A stretch of 64,000 nucleotides of DNA from Planktotalea sp. (GCF_018607995.1 NZ_JABBAL010000037.1:19353-83352); one strand, 5' to 3'. Shown: positions 17,100 to 26,816, counted from the first letter of the stretch. The notes: generated by a model from the sequence alone, not told the origin. Made by a program: numbers and translations.

Positions 17100-18401
17100 C
17101 TAGAGGAACTGAAGGTAGAGCGCAATCCGCTCTTCTTCTGAGAGGACGGCGAGCGTCTTCATCTCTTGGCGTTTGGTTAAACACATATTTTCAATGAGCG
17201 TTTTAGGGAAAATCTGCGTCAAAGCTGTATCCGTTTCAAAGCGATCAAGCGCATCTTCCCAGGTCTTGGGAAGCGCAGCGACATCGAGCGCATAGGCGTT
17301 GCCGCGTACCGGGGGTGGCGGCGTCATATCTTGTTCTATCCCATCGAGAGCTGCACCAAGAACGGCACTCAGTAGGAGGTAGGGGTTCACGTCCCCACCT
17401 GCGACGCGATGCTCGATTCTACGTGCTTTGTGAGAGCCGCCGGGGACCCGGATCGCAACGGTGCGGTTTTCGTAGGCCCAGCAAATCTTCGTCGGCGCAT
17501 GGGCACCTGGAACAAGGCGGTTGTAGCTATTTGCGTGCGGCGCTAGCACCAGCATTGAGGCAGGCATCGCGTTAAGACAACCGGCGATCGCGCTCAAGAG
17601 CCGCTCCGATCCTGCTGAACCACCATCGTCAAAAATGTTGTCGCCCTGCGCATCAAGTACCGAGAAATGCACGTGCATCCCGTTGCCCGACTGATCCGCG
17701 TGGGGCTTTGCCATAAAGCTCGCTGTGACCCCGTGCTTTTGTGCAACACCACGCACCAGTAGCTTGAACAGCCAAGCATCATCCGCCGCTTTCAACATAT
17801 CATCGACGTGCATCAGATTGATCTCAAACTGTCCTGCACCTGCTTCAGAGATGGCGGCATCCGCGGGGATATCCATTGCGTCGCATGCATCATAGAGATC
17901 GTTAAAGAAGCCATCAAACGCATCGAGGGAGCGTAGGCCAAGCGTGTCTACACCTGTGTTTAGCGTTGGGTTTTTGGGGTCGATCAGGTAAAATTCAAGT
18001 TCGGTCGCGACAACGGCGGTAAAGCCCATCTTGGTGTAGCGCTCTTTAATGCGTGCAAGTGCGTGGCGTGGATCGCCTTGAAAGGGGCGATCATCCTCGT
18101 AAAACATCCATACAGGCAGCAACGCTGATCCGCTCCCAAGCCATGGCATCGGTAAAAATCCACGCTCTGTCGGGCGCACAACAGCATCCGCGTCACCGGT
18201 TTCGAACACCAGAGGGCTATGAGCGATGTCTTCGCCGTAAATATCGAGATTGAGCACGGAAAATGGAAAGCGCGCACCGTCTTTTGTCAATTTTCCTGCG
18301 AACTTGCTCGGGATGCGTTTGCCACGGGCTTGACCGTTGAGATCACTGGCCGCAATGCGGACGGAACGGATGTCGGGGTTCTCAGAAAGCCAGCTCTCCA
18401 T
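17100..18401 (-). CDS. glutamine synthetase family protein (second paralog)
   Basis: The 433 aa ORF has the GS catalytic domain (GNGMHVHFS, NRTVAIRVP). It is the first intact gene of the operon. Confidence 0.8.
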   Translation of the reverse strand: MESWLSENPDIRSVRIAASDLNGQARGKRIPSKFAGKLTKDGARFPFSVLNLDIYGEDIAHSPLVFETGDADAVVRPTERGFLPMPWLGSGSALLPVWMFYEDDRPFQGDPRHALARIKERYTKMGFTAVVATELEFYLIDPKNPTLNTGVDTLGLRSLDAFDGFFNDLYDACDAMDIPADAAISEAGAGQFEINLMHVDDMLKAADDAWLFKLLVRGVAQKHGVTASFMAKPHADQSGNGMHVHFSVLDAQGDNIFDDGGSAGSERLLSAIAGCLNAMPASMLVLAPHANSYNRLVPGAHAPTKICWAYENRTVAIRVPGGSHKARRIEHRVAGGDVNPYLLLSAVLGAALDGIEQDMTPPPPVRGNAYALDVAALPKTWEDALDRFETDTALTQIFPKTLIENMCLTKRQEMKTLAVLSEEERIALYLQFL

Positions 18402-18410
18402 ATGCAGCCC

Positions 18411-18839
18411 TTAACGTATTATGTTTGCGCGCAGCTTGAGCTTGCTCCGGCGCTTTTGTGGAAGATGGCGGTTGAGGCTGCGATTAACAAATCCAAAACT
18501 TGATATGACGATCAGTGTGATAATGATAAAAAAGGCCGCTAACATCGGATAGGGCACTAAAGGGTTGAACGTCTTATCCGCGAAGTAATTCGCGTAATAA
18601 AGCGCATCACCACGTTGTTGCCATGCGGGAAAACCAGTGAAGAAAACCAGCGTTGTGGCGTGAAAGAGAAAGATCGCCTCATTCGCGTAGGCGGGCCATG
18701 CAAGCGAGACGACATCACTGCGCTTGGCAGAAATGGACATACCTTTGATCACCTCAAGATTGCCGTAGGCTTTGTGGAGATCGCGTAGCTCAATAACTGT
18801 ATCGGTGTCGCTCAAGTTTTGTCTCGCTCCACTATCCAA
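18411..18839 (-). pseudogene. deletion-fusion remnant of a polar amino acid ABC transporter (ATPase N-terminus fused to a HisM-like permease C-terminus)
   Basis: The first ~46 aa read as an ABC ATPase N-terminus up to just before the Walker A position (VIELRDLHKAYGNLEVIKGMSISAKRSDVVSL). The rest reads as the last ~95 aa of a HisM/HisQ-type permease (AWPAYANEAIFLFHATTLVF...). The junction is near 18700. Confidence 0.65.
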
Positions 18840-18865
18840 GGCGCACTTGGCAGAAAAAAGGCGGG

Positions 18866-18881
18866 TTTTGCAATTGCAAAA
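18866..18881. promoter_or_regulatory. 16 bp perfect palindrome TTTTGCAATTGCAAAA upstream of the GS-like operon
   Basis: This is an exact inverted repeat 27 to 42 nt upstream of the first ORF of the minus-strand operon. The binding factor is unknown. Confidence 0.35.
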
Positions 18882-18926
18882 GATTGAAGTGTGCGCCGAA
18901 TGCAGCTCGCCTTACGAAGCGTAAGC

Positions 18927-19370
18927 TTAGGCTTTCGCAGCCGCCACACGCTGACGCGCCTGCGCGCTGTCCATGTCGTTCACGCCCAATAGCCTCGCGA
19001 TTAAACGCAACAATGCGTCTTCTTCCTGCTCGCGAACGCCATCTGCAAGAACGACTGACCATAGCGCTTCGATCACGCCAAGGCGTTCCTCGTACGGCAC
19101 TGCATCTTTGATCGCACGGGTGAAGCGCACTGTGTCAGGCGCTTCCTGTTCTAGCGTTTCGGCGTCCTTCAGTAAATCATGAACGCTTTTCTTATCAAGC
19201 GCATAGCGCGTGGTAGCAACACTTTCGATTTGATGCCGTTCAGAGGCTGCATAGTCCCCGTCAGAGCGCGCAACGCGCACCAACAAAGCGGTCAGAGCAA
19301 GACGGGCATCGCCATCGTCAAATGGATCGGGCTCAGGCTGGGTCAGCCTCTTGAGGAAATCAGCAAACAT
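18927..19370 (-). CDS. TerB-family (tellurite resistance TerB-like) protein
   Basis: The 147 aa ORF shows a TerB-like pattern (DARLALTALLVRVARSDGDY...ALWSVVLADG). Confidence 0.7.
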   Translation of the reverse strand: MFADFLKRLTQPEPDPFDDGDARLALTALLVRVARSDGDYAASERHQIESVATTRYALDKKSVHDLLKDAETLEQEAPDTVRFTRAIKDAVPYEERLGVIEALWSVVLADGVREQEEDALLRLIARLLGVNDMDSAQARQRVAAAKA

Positions 19371-19394
19371 GGGAGTGATATAGGGCTCTTGTTG

Positions 19395-19864
19395 TTAAGT
19401 GGAAAGGTGTGCGGCCTCTTGCGCACGGGTTTGTGCAGCGGCCCAATCCTCTGGGCGTATGCCAAGGTGGTTTTGCGTGACGTCCATAACATGGGCCTCA
19501 ACGTCCTTCAAAGTGCCGTCCGCATAGACGACATCCCAAAGCGCGTGCACCATGTTCAAGCGATTCTCATAGCTGACACTTTTGCATAAAAGATATGCGA
19601 ATTCAGGGGTTTTGGGCGTGAAGGCTTCAAGGCGATCGCTTTCTGCGCGCAATTGGGCTGCTTTAATCGGCCCGATACCCTGAAATTTTGCGAGAATGCG
19701 GTCAATCTGGCTTATCTCTTGGATTGCGTACTTTCTATCTGATAGGATAACACCCACCAAAAGTGCGCCAAGCGCGTGGGTACATCAGCAGGTGGCAAAG
19801 GCTTTGGCGCAGTCTCCGTACGCGGCGCTTTGAAGAGAGCTGTGACGCGATCGATGACGCTCAT
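19395..19864 (-). pseudogene. TerB-family paralog with an apparent 1-nt frameshift near 19781-19787
   Basis: The ATG at 19864 overlaps the upstream stop (ATGA) and opens MSVIDRVTALFKAPRTETAPKPLPPADV. The TerB body (THALGALLVGVILSDRKY...ALWDVVYADG) continues in another frame after a TGA. The track ORF starts only at the TTG at 19760. Confidence 0.6.
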
Positions 19865-20157
19865 GACGGATCATAACCTTCTACGATGGCTATGTCGCCT
19901 GCGCTGACCGCGTCGCGAATGGCCTTGGCCTTTTGATAGGCGTCGCTTTCGTAACAGGCGTAAGCGGCTTCAATCGTTGGGAACTCCAGTACGACACTTC
20001 GGCCGCGCATGTCGCCTTCGCGCACCTGTTGTGGCCCGCCACGCACTAAGAATTTTGCGCCAAACTCTTTAAAAGGTGCGGCATTTGCTTGTTGGTAGAG
20101 TTTGTATGTCTCCATGTCGTCAATCGTGACATGGCCGATCCAATAGCCTTTTGGCAT
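19861..20157 (-). CDS. DUF1330-domain protein
   Basis: From the ATG at 20157 the 98 aa sequence reads MPKGYWIGHVTIDDMETYKLYQQ...FPTIEAAYACYESDAYQKAKAIR, typical of DUF1330. The longer track ORF has an implausible N-terminal extension. Confidence 0.75.
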   Translation of the reverse strand: MPKGYWIGHVTIDDMETYKLYQQANAAPFKEFGAKFLVRGGPQQVREGDMRGRSVVLEFPTIEAAYACYESDAYQKAKAIRDAVSAGDIAIVEGYDPS

Positions 20158-20287
20158 GAGCGTGCTCCCCTTGATCAGGGGTAGGTTAGCCCAACAGATC
20201 GCAGCCTTCAAAGCGCAAATTATCGACAGAGATTCCTTGCGGATCAGTATTGAGGAGGATGAAGCCTGCGATATCGGGCTGCATGCC

Positions 20288-20844
20288 TTAGCGCACGAAG
20301 GCGTAGCTGGTTTCATCAAGGGGGCCGTAGGTGACGGAGTCGATTTGTTCGCCTTGACCATTGATGAATTGGATCGTGGTATAGCCTTGCTCGCCGCCCG
20401 CGATATCAAACGCCAGTGTGGGTTGGTCGCTTTCAAAAAGAACCGCGATTGCGCCTTCACCGACTGCTTCTACCTCGGGATAAACGTGGGTCTCTTGGCC
20501 ATGCAACACGATCGACCCGCGCACATGTAGAGCGCCTAAAGTTTGACCTTCGCCGCCATCAATCACGGTGAGTGGTCGAAAAGGGTGCCCGGTTATCAAA
20601 TCGAAATCACCATTGGCTTGGTCCGTTTGACCTGCGAAGTGTTCACCGAACGTGGTGCCGTCGCGTACAAGGACCTCATCAAGGCGCGAGCCAAGGCCGA
20701 GTGCTGCCATCACGTCATCAAAATCGATTAGTTTTGAGAATGCGAGAGATTGGGGTTTTCAAGACAGACCGGACGATCACGGGCGGTGTGTGCAGCGAGA
20801 GGGGCCGTCAAAAGCACCGCAAGGCTGGCGAATAAATTGCGCAT
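20288..20844 (-). pseudogene. secreted hypothetical protein split by a frameshift in an A4C4 run
   Basis: The ATG at 20844 encodes a signal peptide (MRNLFASLAVLLTAPLAAHTA) and terminates 38 codons later. Adding one A in gaaaacccc (plus strand 20752-20759) joins it in frame to the 141 aa track ORF. Confidence 0.55.
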
Positions 20845-20928
20845 GTGTGCACGCTAGCATAGAAACCACATTCGCCAAAAAGTTGTGTGACGCGCAAGAC
20901 GCGGCGCTTCAGTTGAACCTATAGCAGG

Positions 20929-22575
20929 TTAAACGAGGCGCGAGTTTTCTTTGGCGGCGCGCACGAAATCTTTGAACAAAGGATGCGGATCAAACGGCTT
21001 TGACTTCAATTCAGGATGGAACTGCACACCGATGAACCATGGGTGATCTTCCCATTCTACGATCTCTGGCAGTTTGCCGTCAGGTGACATGCCTGAAAAG
21101 ATCAGGCCGAGCTTTTCAAGTTTCCCTTTATAGGCCGTGTCGACTTCATAACGATGGCGATGGCGCTCTTCGATGGCGGCGTTGCCGTAGATTTCTGCAA
21201 CTTTTGAGCCTTTGGTCAACGTTGCGTCGTAAGCTCCCAATCGCATTGTGCCGCCTTTGTCGTCATCGGCTTTGCGGTTCACTTTGGCGTTGCCCTGCAC
21301 CCATTCTTTAAGGTGATACACGACAGGCTCGAAGCGTTTCTTGCCAGAGGATTCATGATCGAATTCTTCAGAGCCGGCTGAGGCGACACCAGCCACATTG
21401 CGCGCGGCTTCGATCACGGCCATTTGCATTCCGAGACAGATGCCAAAATAGGGGATTTTGTTCTCACGCGCATATTGCGCCGCGCGAATTTTGCCTTCCG
21501 TGCCGCGTTCGCCAAAACCGCCGGGCACGAGGATAGCGTGATAGCCTTCCAAATAGGGCGCTGCGTCCTCGCTATCGAAGACTTCAGCATCGACCCAAGA
21601 CACATTAACTCTGACGCGATTGGCCATGCCGCCATGCGTCAGCGCCTCTTTGAACGACTTATAGGCGTCCTCAAGTTGAGTGTATTTTCCAACGATCGCG
21701 ACGTTAACTTCGCCGTCGGTGTTGTGAATGCGATCTGCCACATCTTCCCAAACGCGCAGGTCGGGTTTCGGGGCAGGGTTGATGTTGAAAGCGTCCAGAA
21801 CCGCCTGATCGAGACCCTGCGCGTGATAGGCGAGCGGGGCTTCGTAGATCGATTTCAAATCATAGGCCGCCACGACGCTCTCTTTTCGCACATTACAGAA
21901 CAGCGCAATCTTCTCACGTTCTTTTTCAGGGATAGGATGCTCTGAGCGGCAGACAAGGATGTCCGGCGCAAGGCCAATGCTTTGCATTTCCTTAACGGAG
22001 TGTTGGGTTGGTTTCGTCTTCAACTCACCCGATGCCGCGAGGTAGGGCAGCAGTGTGAGGTGCATGTAGATACACTGACCGCGTGGGCGATCATGGCTGA
22101 ACTGACGGATTGCTTCAAAGAAGGGCAGACCTTCGATATCGCCCACAGTGCCGCCAATTTCGCAGAGCATGAAATCAACTTCGTCTTCACCAATTGCGAT
22201 AAAGTCTTTGATCTCATTGGTGACATGAGGAATGACTTGGATGGTTTTGCCTAAGTAATCGCCACGTCGCTCTTTTTCCAAAACGTTGGTGTAAATGCGT
22301 CCCGATGAAATGGAATCAGTTTTACGCGCAGGCACGCCTGTAAAGCGCTCGTAATGACCAAGGTCGAGATCGGTTTCAGCGCCATCGTCGGTGACGAACA
22401 CTTCGCCATGTTCAAACGGGCTCATCGTGCCGGGATCGACGTTCAGATATGGATCAAGCTTGCGTAGGCGCACCGAAAAGCCGCGGGCTTGCAAAAGGGA
22501 ACCAAGTGCCGCTGACGCAAGACCTTTGCCGAGGGAGGACACAACACCGCCCGTAATAAAGATAAATCTCGCCAT
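20929..22575 (-). CDS. pyrG: CTP synthase
   Basis: From the ATG at 22575 the sequence reads [18 protein letters not shown] and has the GATase motif GICLGMQ. The protein is 548 aa. Confidence 0.95.
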   Translation of the reverse strand: MARFIFITGGVVSSLGKGLASAALGSLLQARGFSVRLRKLDPYLNVDPGTMSPFEHGEVFVTDDGAETDLDLGHYERFTGVPARKTDSISSGRIYTNVLEKERRGDYLGKTIQVIPHVTNEIKDFIAIGEDEVDFMLCEIGGTVGDIEGLPFFEAIRQFSHDRPRGQCIYMHLTLLPYLAASGELKTKPTQHSVKEMQSIGLAPDILVCRSEHPIPEKEREKIALFCNVRKESVVAAYDLKSIYEAPLAYHAQGLDQAVLDAFNINPAPKPDLRVWEDVADRIHNTDGEVNVAIVGKYTQLEDAYKSFKEALTHGGMANRVRVNVSWVDAEVFDSEDAAPYLEGYHAILVPGGFGERGTEGKIRAAQYARENKIPYFGICLGMQMAVIEAARNVAGVASAGSEEFDHESSGKKRFEPVVYHLKEWVQGNAKVNRKADDDKGGTMRLGAYDATLTKGSKVAEIYGNAAIEERHRHRYEVDTAYKGKLEKLGLIFSGMSPDGKLPEIVEWEDHPWFIGVQFHPELKSKPFDPHPLFKDFVRAAKENSRLV

Positions 22576-22773
22576 GCTCTGCGTGCTCCCGTGAGGACCA
22601 AAATGCGCTATTAAGTGGAGCGTAGTGGTCAAATTCCAAGTGATTTGCATCGAAAAAATACCGATACTCACGGGATTAGAGCGATACAGCAGTCTCGTGA
22701 GATTCGCAAGCCAACCGCTACATGATGTTGCGATTAGGCACGTATGCTCAAAAGATGGTGGTCGAAGAGGTGT

Positions 22774-23145
22774 TTAGTCTGCGCGTGGTACCAAAGGTGC
22801 GTTGTCATCCGCACTCGGTGGAAGCAGATCACTGCCTTCGCCCAAACCTGCTGGTGCTGCTTCTTCAGCTGCTGCTGGTGCGTCGCCCAAACGATCTAGA
22901 ACCGAGCTGCCCGCAGATTTCTGCGCCGCAATAATCGTTAGTGTGATGGATGTAATGATGAACGCAATCGCAAGAATCCATGTGACTTTGCCGAGTGCTG
23001 TCGCAGCCGCGCGGCCCGACATTGCGCCGCCACCACCGCCACCGCCGCCCATGCCAAGGCCGCCCCCTTCGGAGCGTTGCATCAAAACGACGCCAATCAA
23101 AGCCAAAGCCAAGAGAAGGTGAATGATCAAAACGACGTTTTCCAT
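22774..23145 (-). CDS. secG: preprotein translocase subunit SecG
   Basis: The sequence is MENVVLIIHLLLALALIGVVLMQRSEGGGLG, followed by a poly-Gly tract and a second TM helix. The C-terminal tail is unusually long and Ala/Pro-rich. Confidence 0.85.
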   Translation of the reverse strand: MENVVLIIHLLLALALIGVVLMQRSEGGGLGMGGGGGGGGAMSGRAAATALGKVTWILAIAFIITSITLTIIAAQKSAGSSVLDRLGDAPAAAEEAAPAGLGEGSDLLPPSADDNAPLVPRAD

Positions 23146-23217
23146 AGGTGCCTGCGCGTTAGTTGTACAGCGAGCTATCTAGGCAATCATGCGCGCCCGT
23201 GCAACCCGTCAAAGCGG

Positions 23218-23700
23218 CTAAGTCACGTCAAAGTATGTGACGTTGATCGAGATCGGGAAATTGACAGAGCGCGCGATGAAGCAATGGTTGTGAATGCGAC
23301 TATGGACTTCGTCAGCAAGTGCGGTGTCGCTGTTTGGCGCAAGGCCTATGTTTGGGCGCAGTTCCGCAGATATGAAACGACCTGTGCCGTCAGGCAGGCT
23401 TTCGCCCCTGCCGATTGGGGTATCTTCGTAAGAATGCACCACGATGCCCGCATCTGAAGCAAGGTGCAGGAACCAAAGCATATGGCATGAACTTAAGGCA
23501 GCGATAAGCATATCCTCAGGGTTATAAAGGCCTGCGTTGCCGCCTAGGAGGGGGTCGTTGGAGCACGCAATCGCTGGTTTTCCTTCGCTTTGCAGTGTCC
23601 AATCACGTGTGTAGGCGCGATAACTTGAAGTGCCCGTACCTTGGTTTCCAGTCCATTTCAGTGTGGCGGTGAGGTCATGTTCTTTACTCATCGACGTCAT
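23218..23700 (-). CDS. OsmC-family peroxiredoxin-like protein
   Basis: The 160 aa ORF has the OsmC fold signature, with conserved Cys residues (LSSCHMLWF, HNHCFIARS). Confidence 0.75.
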   Translation of the reverse strand: MTSMSKEHDLTATLKWTGNQGTGTSSYRAYTRDWTLQSEGKPAIACSNDPLLGGNAGLYNPEDMLIAALSSCHMLWFLHLASDAGIVVHSYEDTPIGRGESLPDGTGRFISAELRPNIGLAPNSDTALADEVHSRIHNHCFIARSVNFPISINVTYFDVT

Positions 23701-24082
23701 CCATATCTGCTTGACCAGCAGTTGCGCGGCGTATGTGTGACCAGCTGAGACTGATGCTGAGCACGAGACTAAGTGCCACGATGCCCAACCATAGATTGGC
23801 CGCTAGGTTTTCTAAGGAAAGCCAGCCGAAATCATAGAGGACCCAGAGCAGGGCTGCGACCAAAGCAAGCACCAGTGCCATGCTAAACGTTCCGATCGAG
23901 CGAAGGGTGGTGCGCATGAAAATAATATAAACGATCAGCAGGATGAGGCCGGATAACACGATCAAGGGCAATTGTTTTGAGAGGTTTGTCAGCGACCAAC
24001 GAACCCAATTATATTGTGTAGGGTTATATGTGGCGGCAATCAAAACGAAGGGGATGAGCCAGCGAATGGCGATGCGGATCAT
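23684..24082 (-). CDS. multi-pass membrane protein of unknown function
   Basis: The 132 aa ORF has about four hydrophobic helices and overlaps the OsmC gene start by 17 nt. Confidence 0.55.
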   Translation of the reverse strand: MIRIAIRWLIPFVLIAATYNPTQYNWVRWSLTNLSKQLPLIVLSGLILLIVYIIFMRTTLRSIGTFSMALVLALVAALLWVLYDFGWLSLENLAANLWLGIVALSLVLSISLSWSHIRRATAGQADMDDVDE

Positions 24083-24292
24083 GAATGGCTCCTATCAGTT
24101 GGTACTAGTTTTTGTTGATGTCAGCGCGCATGTCTAGGGGAGGCGCTGTTTGTGGGTGTGGATGAGTTTAGAGGCAGGATGAAGCGGGGCGGTTGTGCAT
24201 TTCGCGTTGGCTGCGGCGAAATAGGTGTTTCGCTTAGGATAAGTGCGCACTATACGGGCGCGGGTTTGACGTAATGAAAAAGGTCTATTGGC

Positions 24293-25588
24293 ATGGCGAA
24301 TGTAGTTGTTGTTGGCGCTCAGTGGGGCGACGAAGGTAAAGGCAAGATTGTCGATTGGCTGAGCGAGCGCGCCGATATCGTTGCGCGGTTCCAAGGTGGG
24401 CATAATGCAGGCCACACGTTGGTTGTTGATGGCGAAGTCTATAAATTACACGCGCTTCCGTCTGGTGTTGTGCGCGGCGGCAAGCTCTCGGTGATCGGCA
24501 ATGGCGTCGTTCTAGATCCTTGGCATTTGATGAAAGAGATTGAAACGATTGGTGCGCAGGGTGTTTCGATTACACCAGAGACTTTGATGATCGCAGAGAA
24601 CACACCACTGATTCTGCCAATCCACGGCGAATTAGATCGCGCGCGCGAAGAAGCGTCTTCTAAGGGGACCAAGATTGGCACGACGGGGCGCGGCATCGGG
24701 CCCGCCTATGAGGATAAAGTCGGTCGTCGCTCCGTGCGTGTCGCTGATTTGGCGGATGAGGCAACGCTTGAAGCGCGTGTTGATCGTGCATTGCAGCACC
24801 ATGATCCATTGCGCAAAGGGCTTGGTATTGAGGCGGTTGATCGCGATGGTTTGATTGCGATGCTAAAAGAGATTGCACCCAAGGTTTTGGAATATGCAGC
24901 CCCGGTTTGGAAAGAGCTCAATGAACGCAAGAAAAAGGGTCAGCGCATTTTGTTTGAAGGTGCGCAGGGCGCGCTTTTGGACATCGACTTTGGCACATAT
25001 CCGTTTGTGACCTCGTCCAATGTGATTGCAGGGCAGGCGGCGACGGGTGTCGGCGTTGGTCCCGGCTCCATTGATTATGTGCTGGGCATTGTGAAAGCCT
25101 ACACAACACGTGTCGGCGAAGGGCCGTTCCCGGCAGAACTTGAAGACGCGGATGGTCAACGTCTTGGTGAGCGCGGGCATGAGTTTGGAACGACAACAGG
25201 GCGTAAGCGTCGCTGTGGTTGGTTTGATGCGGCTTTGGTGCGTCAAACCTGTGCGACGTCGGGTGTGACAGGGATATCCTTGACGAAATTGGACGTCTTG
25301 GATGGGTTTGAGACGCTCAAAATTTGCACGGGCTATATGCTCGATGGTGAGCGGATCGATTATTTGCCGACAGCAGCAGATCATCAAGCGCGCTGCACGC
25401 CAATCTATGAGGAAATACCTGGCTGGTCCGAGAGCACGGAAGGCGCACGGTCTTGGGCGGATCTGCCTGCAAATGCGATCAAATATGTGCGTCGCATTGA
25501 AGAGTTGATTGATTGCCCCGCTGCCCTAGTCTCTACATCACCGGAACGCGAAGACACGATCCTTATCACTGACCCGTTTGAGGACTGA
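24293..25588 (+). CDS. purA: adenylosuccinate synthase
   Basis: The sequence [21 protein letters not shown] contains the canonical P-loop, and the protein is 431 aa. Confidence 0.95.
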   Translation: MANVVVVGAQWGDEGKGKIVDWLSERADIVARFQGGHNAGHTLVVDGEVYKLHALPSGVVRGGKLSVIGNGVVLDPWHLMKEIETIGAQGVSITPETLMIAENTPLILPIHGELDRAREEASSKGTKIGTTGRGIGPAYEDKVGRRSVRVADLADEATLEARVDRALQHHDPLRKGLGIEAVDRDGLIAMLKEIAPKVLEYAAPVWKELNERKKKGQRILFEGAQGALLDIDFGTYPFVTSSNVIAGQAATGVGVGPGSIDYVLGIVKAYTTRVGEGPFPAELEDADGQRLGERGHEFGTTTGRKRRCGWFDAALVRQTCATSGVTGISLTKLDVLDGFETLKICTGYMLDGERIDYLPTAADHQARCTPIYEEIPGWSESTEGARSWADLPANAIKYVRRIEELIDCPAALVSTSPEREDTILITDPFED

Positions 25589-25833
25589 TGGCACTTTCAT
25601 ATAAAGCACGCAGGCGCTGGGCGCTGATCATTTTGTTGATTGGCATGCCGCTATACATCATCTTTGCGATCGCGGGCGTAGCTTTGTTGTTCAGCTACAC
25701 GGGACGTCCGTCGATTGTGATTGAATTCGCTATCTATGTAATTTTAGGCGTTTCTTGGGTGGTTCCATTCAAGAAAGTTTTCATGGGTGTCGGTCAGGCT
25801 GACCCGGATGCAGCTCCAAGCAATCCCAAATAA
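25588..25833 (+). CDS. small two-TM membrane protein (DUF2842-like)
   Basis: The 81 aa ORF has a start that overlaps the purA stop (TGATG). This arrangement is common in alphaproteobacteria. Confidence 0.6.
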   Translation: MALSYKARRRWALIILLIGMPLYIIFAIAGVALLFSYTGRPSIVIEFAIYVILGVSWVVPFKKVFMGVGQADPDAAPSNPK

Positions 25834-25836
25834 AAG

Positions 25837-25870
25837 AGCGGCGGCTCCGAGCGGAAAGCCGCCGCTTGTT
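25837..25870. terminator. GC-rich hairpin between convergent genes
   Basis: A 9 bp stem (agcggcggc / gccgccgct) with a 12 nt loop is followed by tgtt. Confidence 0.5.
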
Positions 25871-25893
25871 CACACACTTCTGGCTTGGGAAGC

Positions 25894-26816
25894 TTAGCCG
25901 ACAGCGTGTGTATCCAGTTTAAAACTGATACGATCAGACACGGTTAAGCGTCCACCGCTGATCTTTTCGATCTTGCCCTGACGCAAAAGCTGGCCGAAAG
26001 AACGCAATTCATCCTCACGAGAGAAATTGTCTTCCTGCACAATGCGTACTTTGGTCATGAGTTGCGGGCGCGAGAATTGTTCCTTGCCCTCAATAAATGT
26101 CAAATAAGCAGTAGCTTCGAGAAGGTCTGGAAGCTCTGTCGCGCCCATTTTTCTGCGAATTCGTTGAAGTTGTCCCCCTCAGGCGCGAGATCTGCGTTTT
26201 TGGGAGCCGCGCCTGCCGGTGTCATGTTTGTTCTGATTCTGTGCGGGCGCACGGACGTTAGAGTAGGTGCATCAGGTGCCGTAGTCACAGGGGCTTCTGC
26301 TGTACTATCCACACGTTGCTCTGCGACAAGTTTCAAAGGTGGGCGTGCAGTGCTTGCCGCGGCTTTAGCTTTAGCTGCGGCTTCTGAATGACGTTGTGCC
26401 TCGGCTTCAGCTTTTGCCGCCGCCTCTGCTTGCTTGGCATCTTCTTCAGCGCGCAAACGCTCAGCCTATGCTATCTCTGCCAAGCGTGCTTGTTCAAGCA
26501 CTTCAGTCTCAGCATCCGCATCATCAAGATTCGTGTTGGCAACAAGAACATCCGCAGCCGGGAGGGCAGTGCGCAGCATGATATTACCACCGTTTTGATG
26601 CGCCTCTACACGGCGGGACAACTCACGTTCTGCGATACGTGCCAACATATCTGCGTCGGGGGGTAGGGGTTCGGCACCAAAATATCGGTCATCCGCCGCC
26701 AGATCTCTGAAATACTCGGCGATGGCTTTCATCGTGTAGAACGAATCGTCAAAACCCTCCAATGTGCAGTAGAATGTTCCGTAGGACACCGTGAGGACTT
26801 TGCTCGAATTAACCAT
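25894..26816 (-). pseudogene. conserved hypothetical protein (N-terminal [15 protein letters not shown].. domain, Ala/Glu-rich linker, C-terminal domain) broken by one amber codon and one frameshift
   Basis: Three collinear track ORFs make up this gene. A TAG at 26466-26468 is in frame between ORF1 and ORF2 (..ARLAEIA*AERLRAEED..). Between ORF2 and ORF3, a run of 5 A (plus strand T at 26148-26152) shifts NEFAEK|MGATELPDLL out of frame. Confidence 0.7.

Noticed and set aside
18840-18926. There might be a sigma-54 (-24/-12) promoter upstream of the GS-like operon, because of the GGCGCAC...TTTTGCA elements.
   Set aside because: The spacing between the GG and GC elements is about 18 nt rather than the required 10, so this is not a credible -24/-12 promoter.
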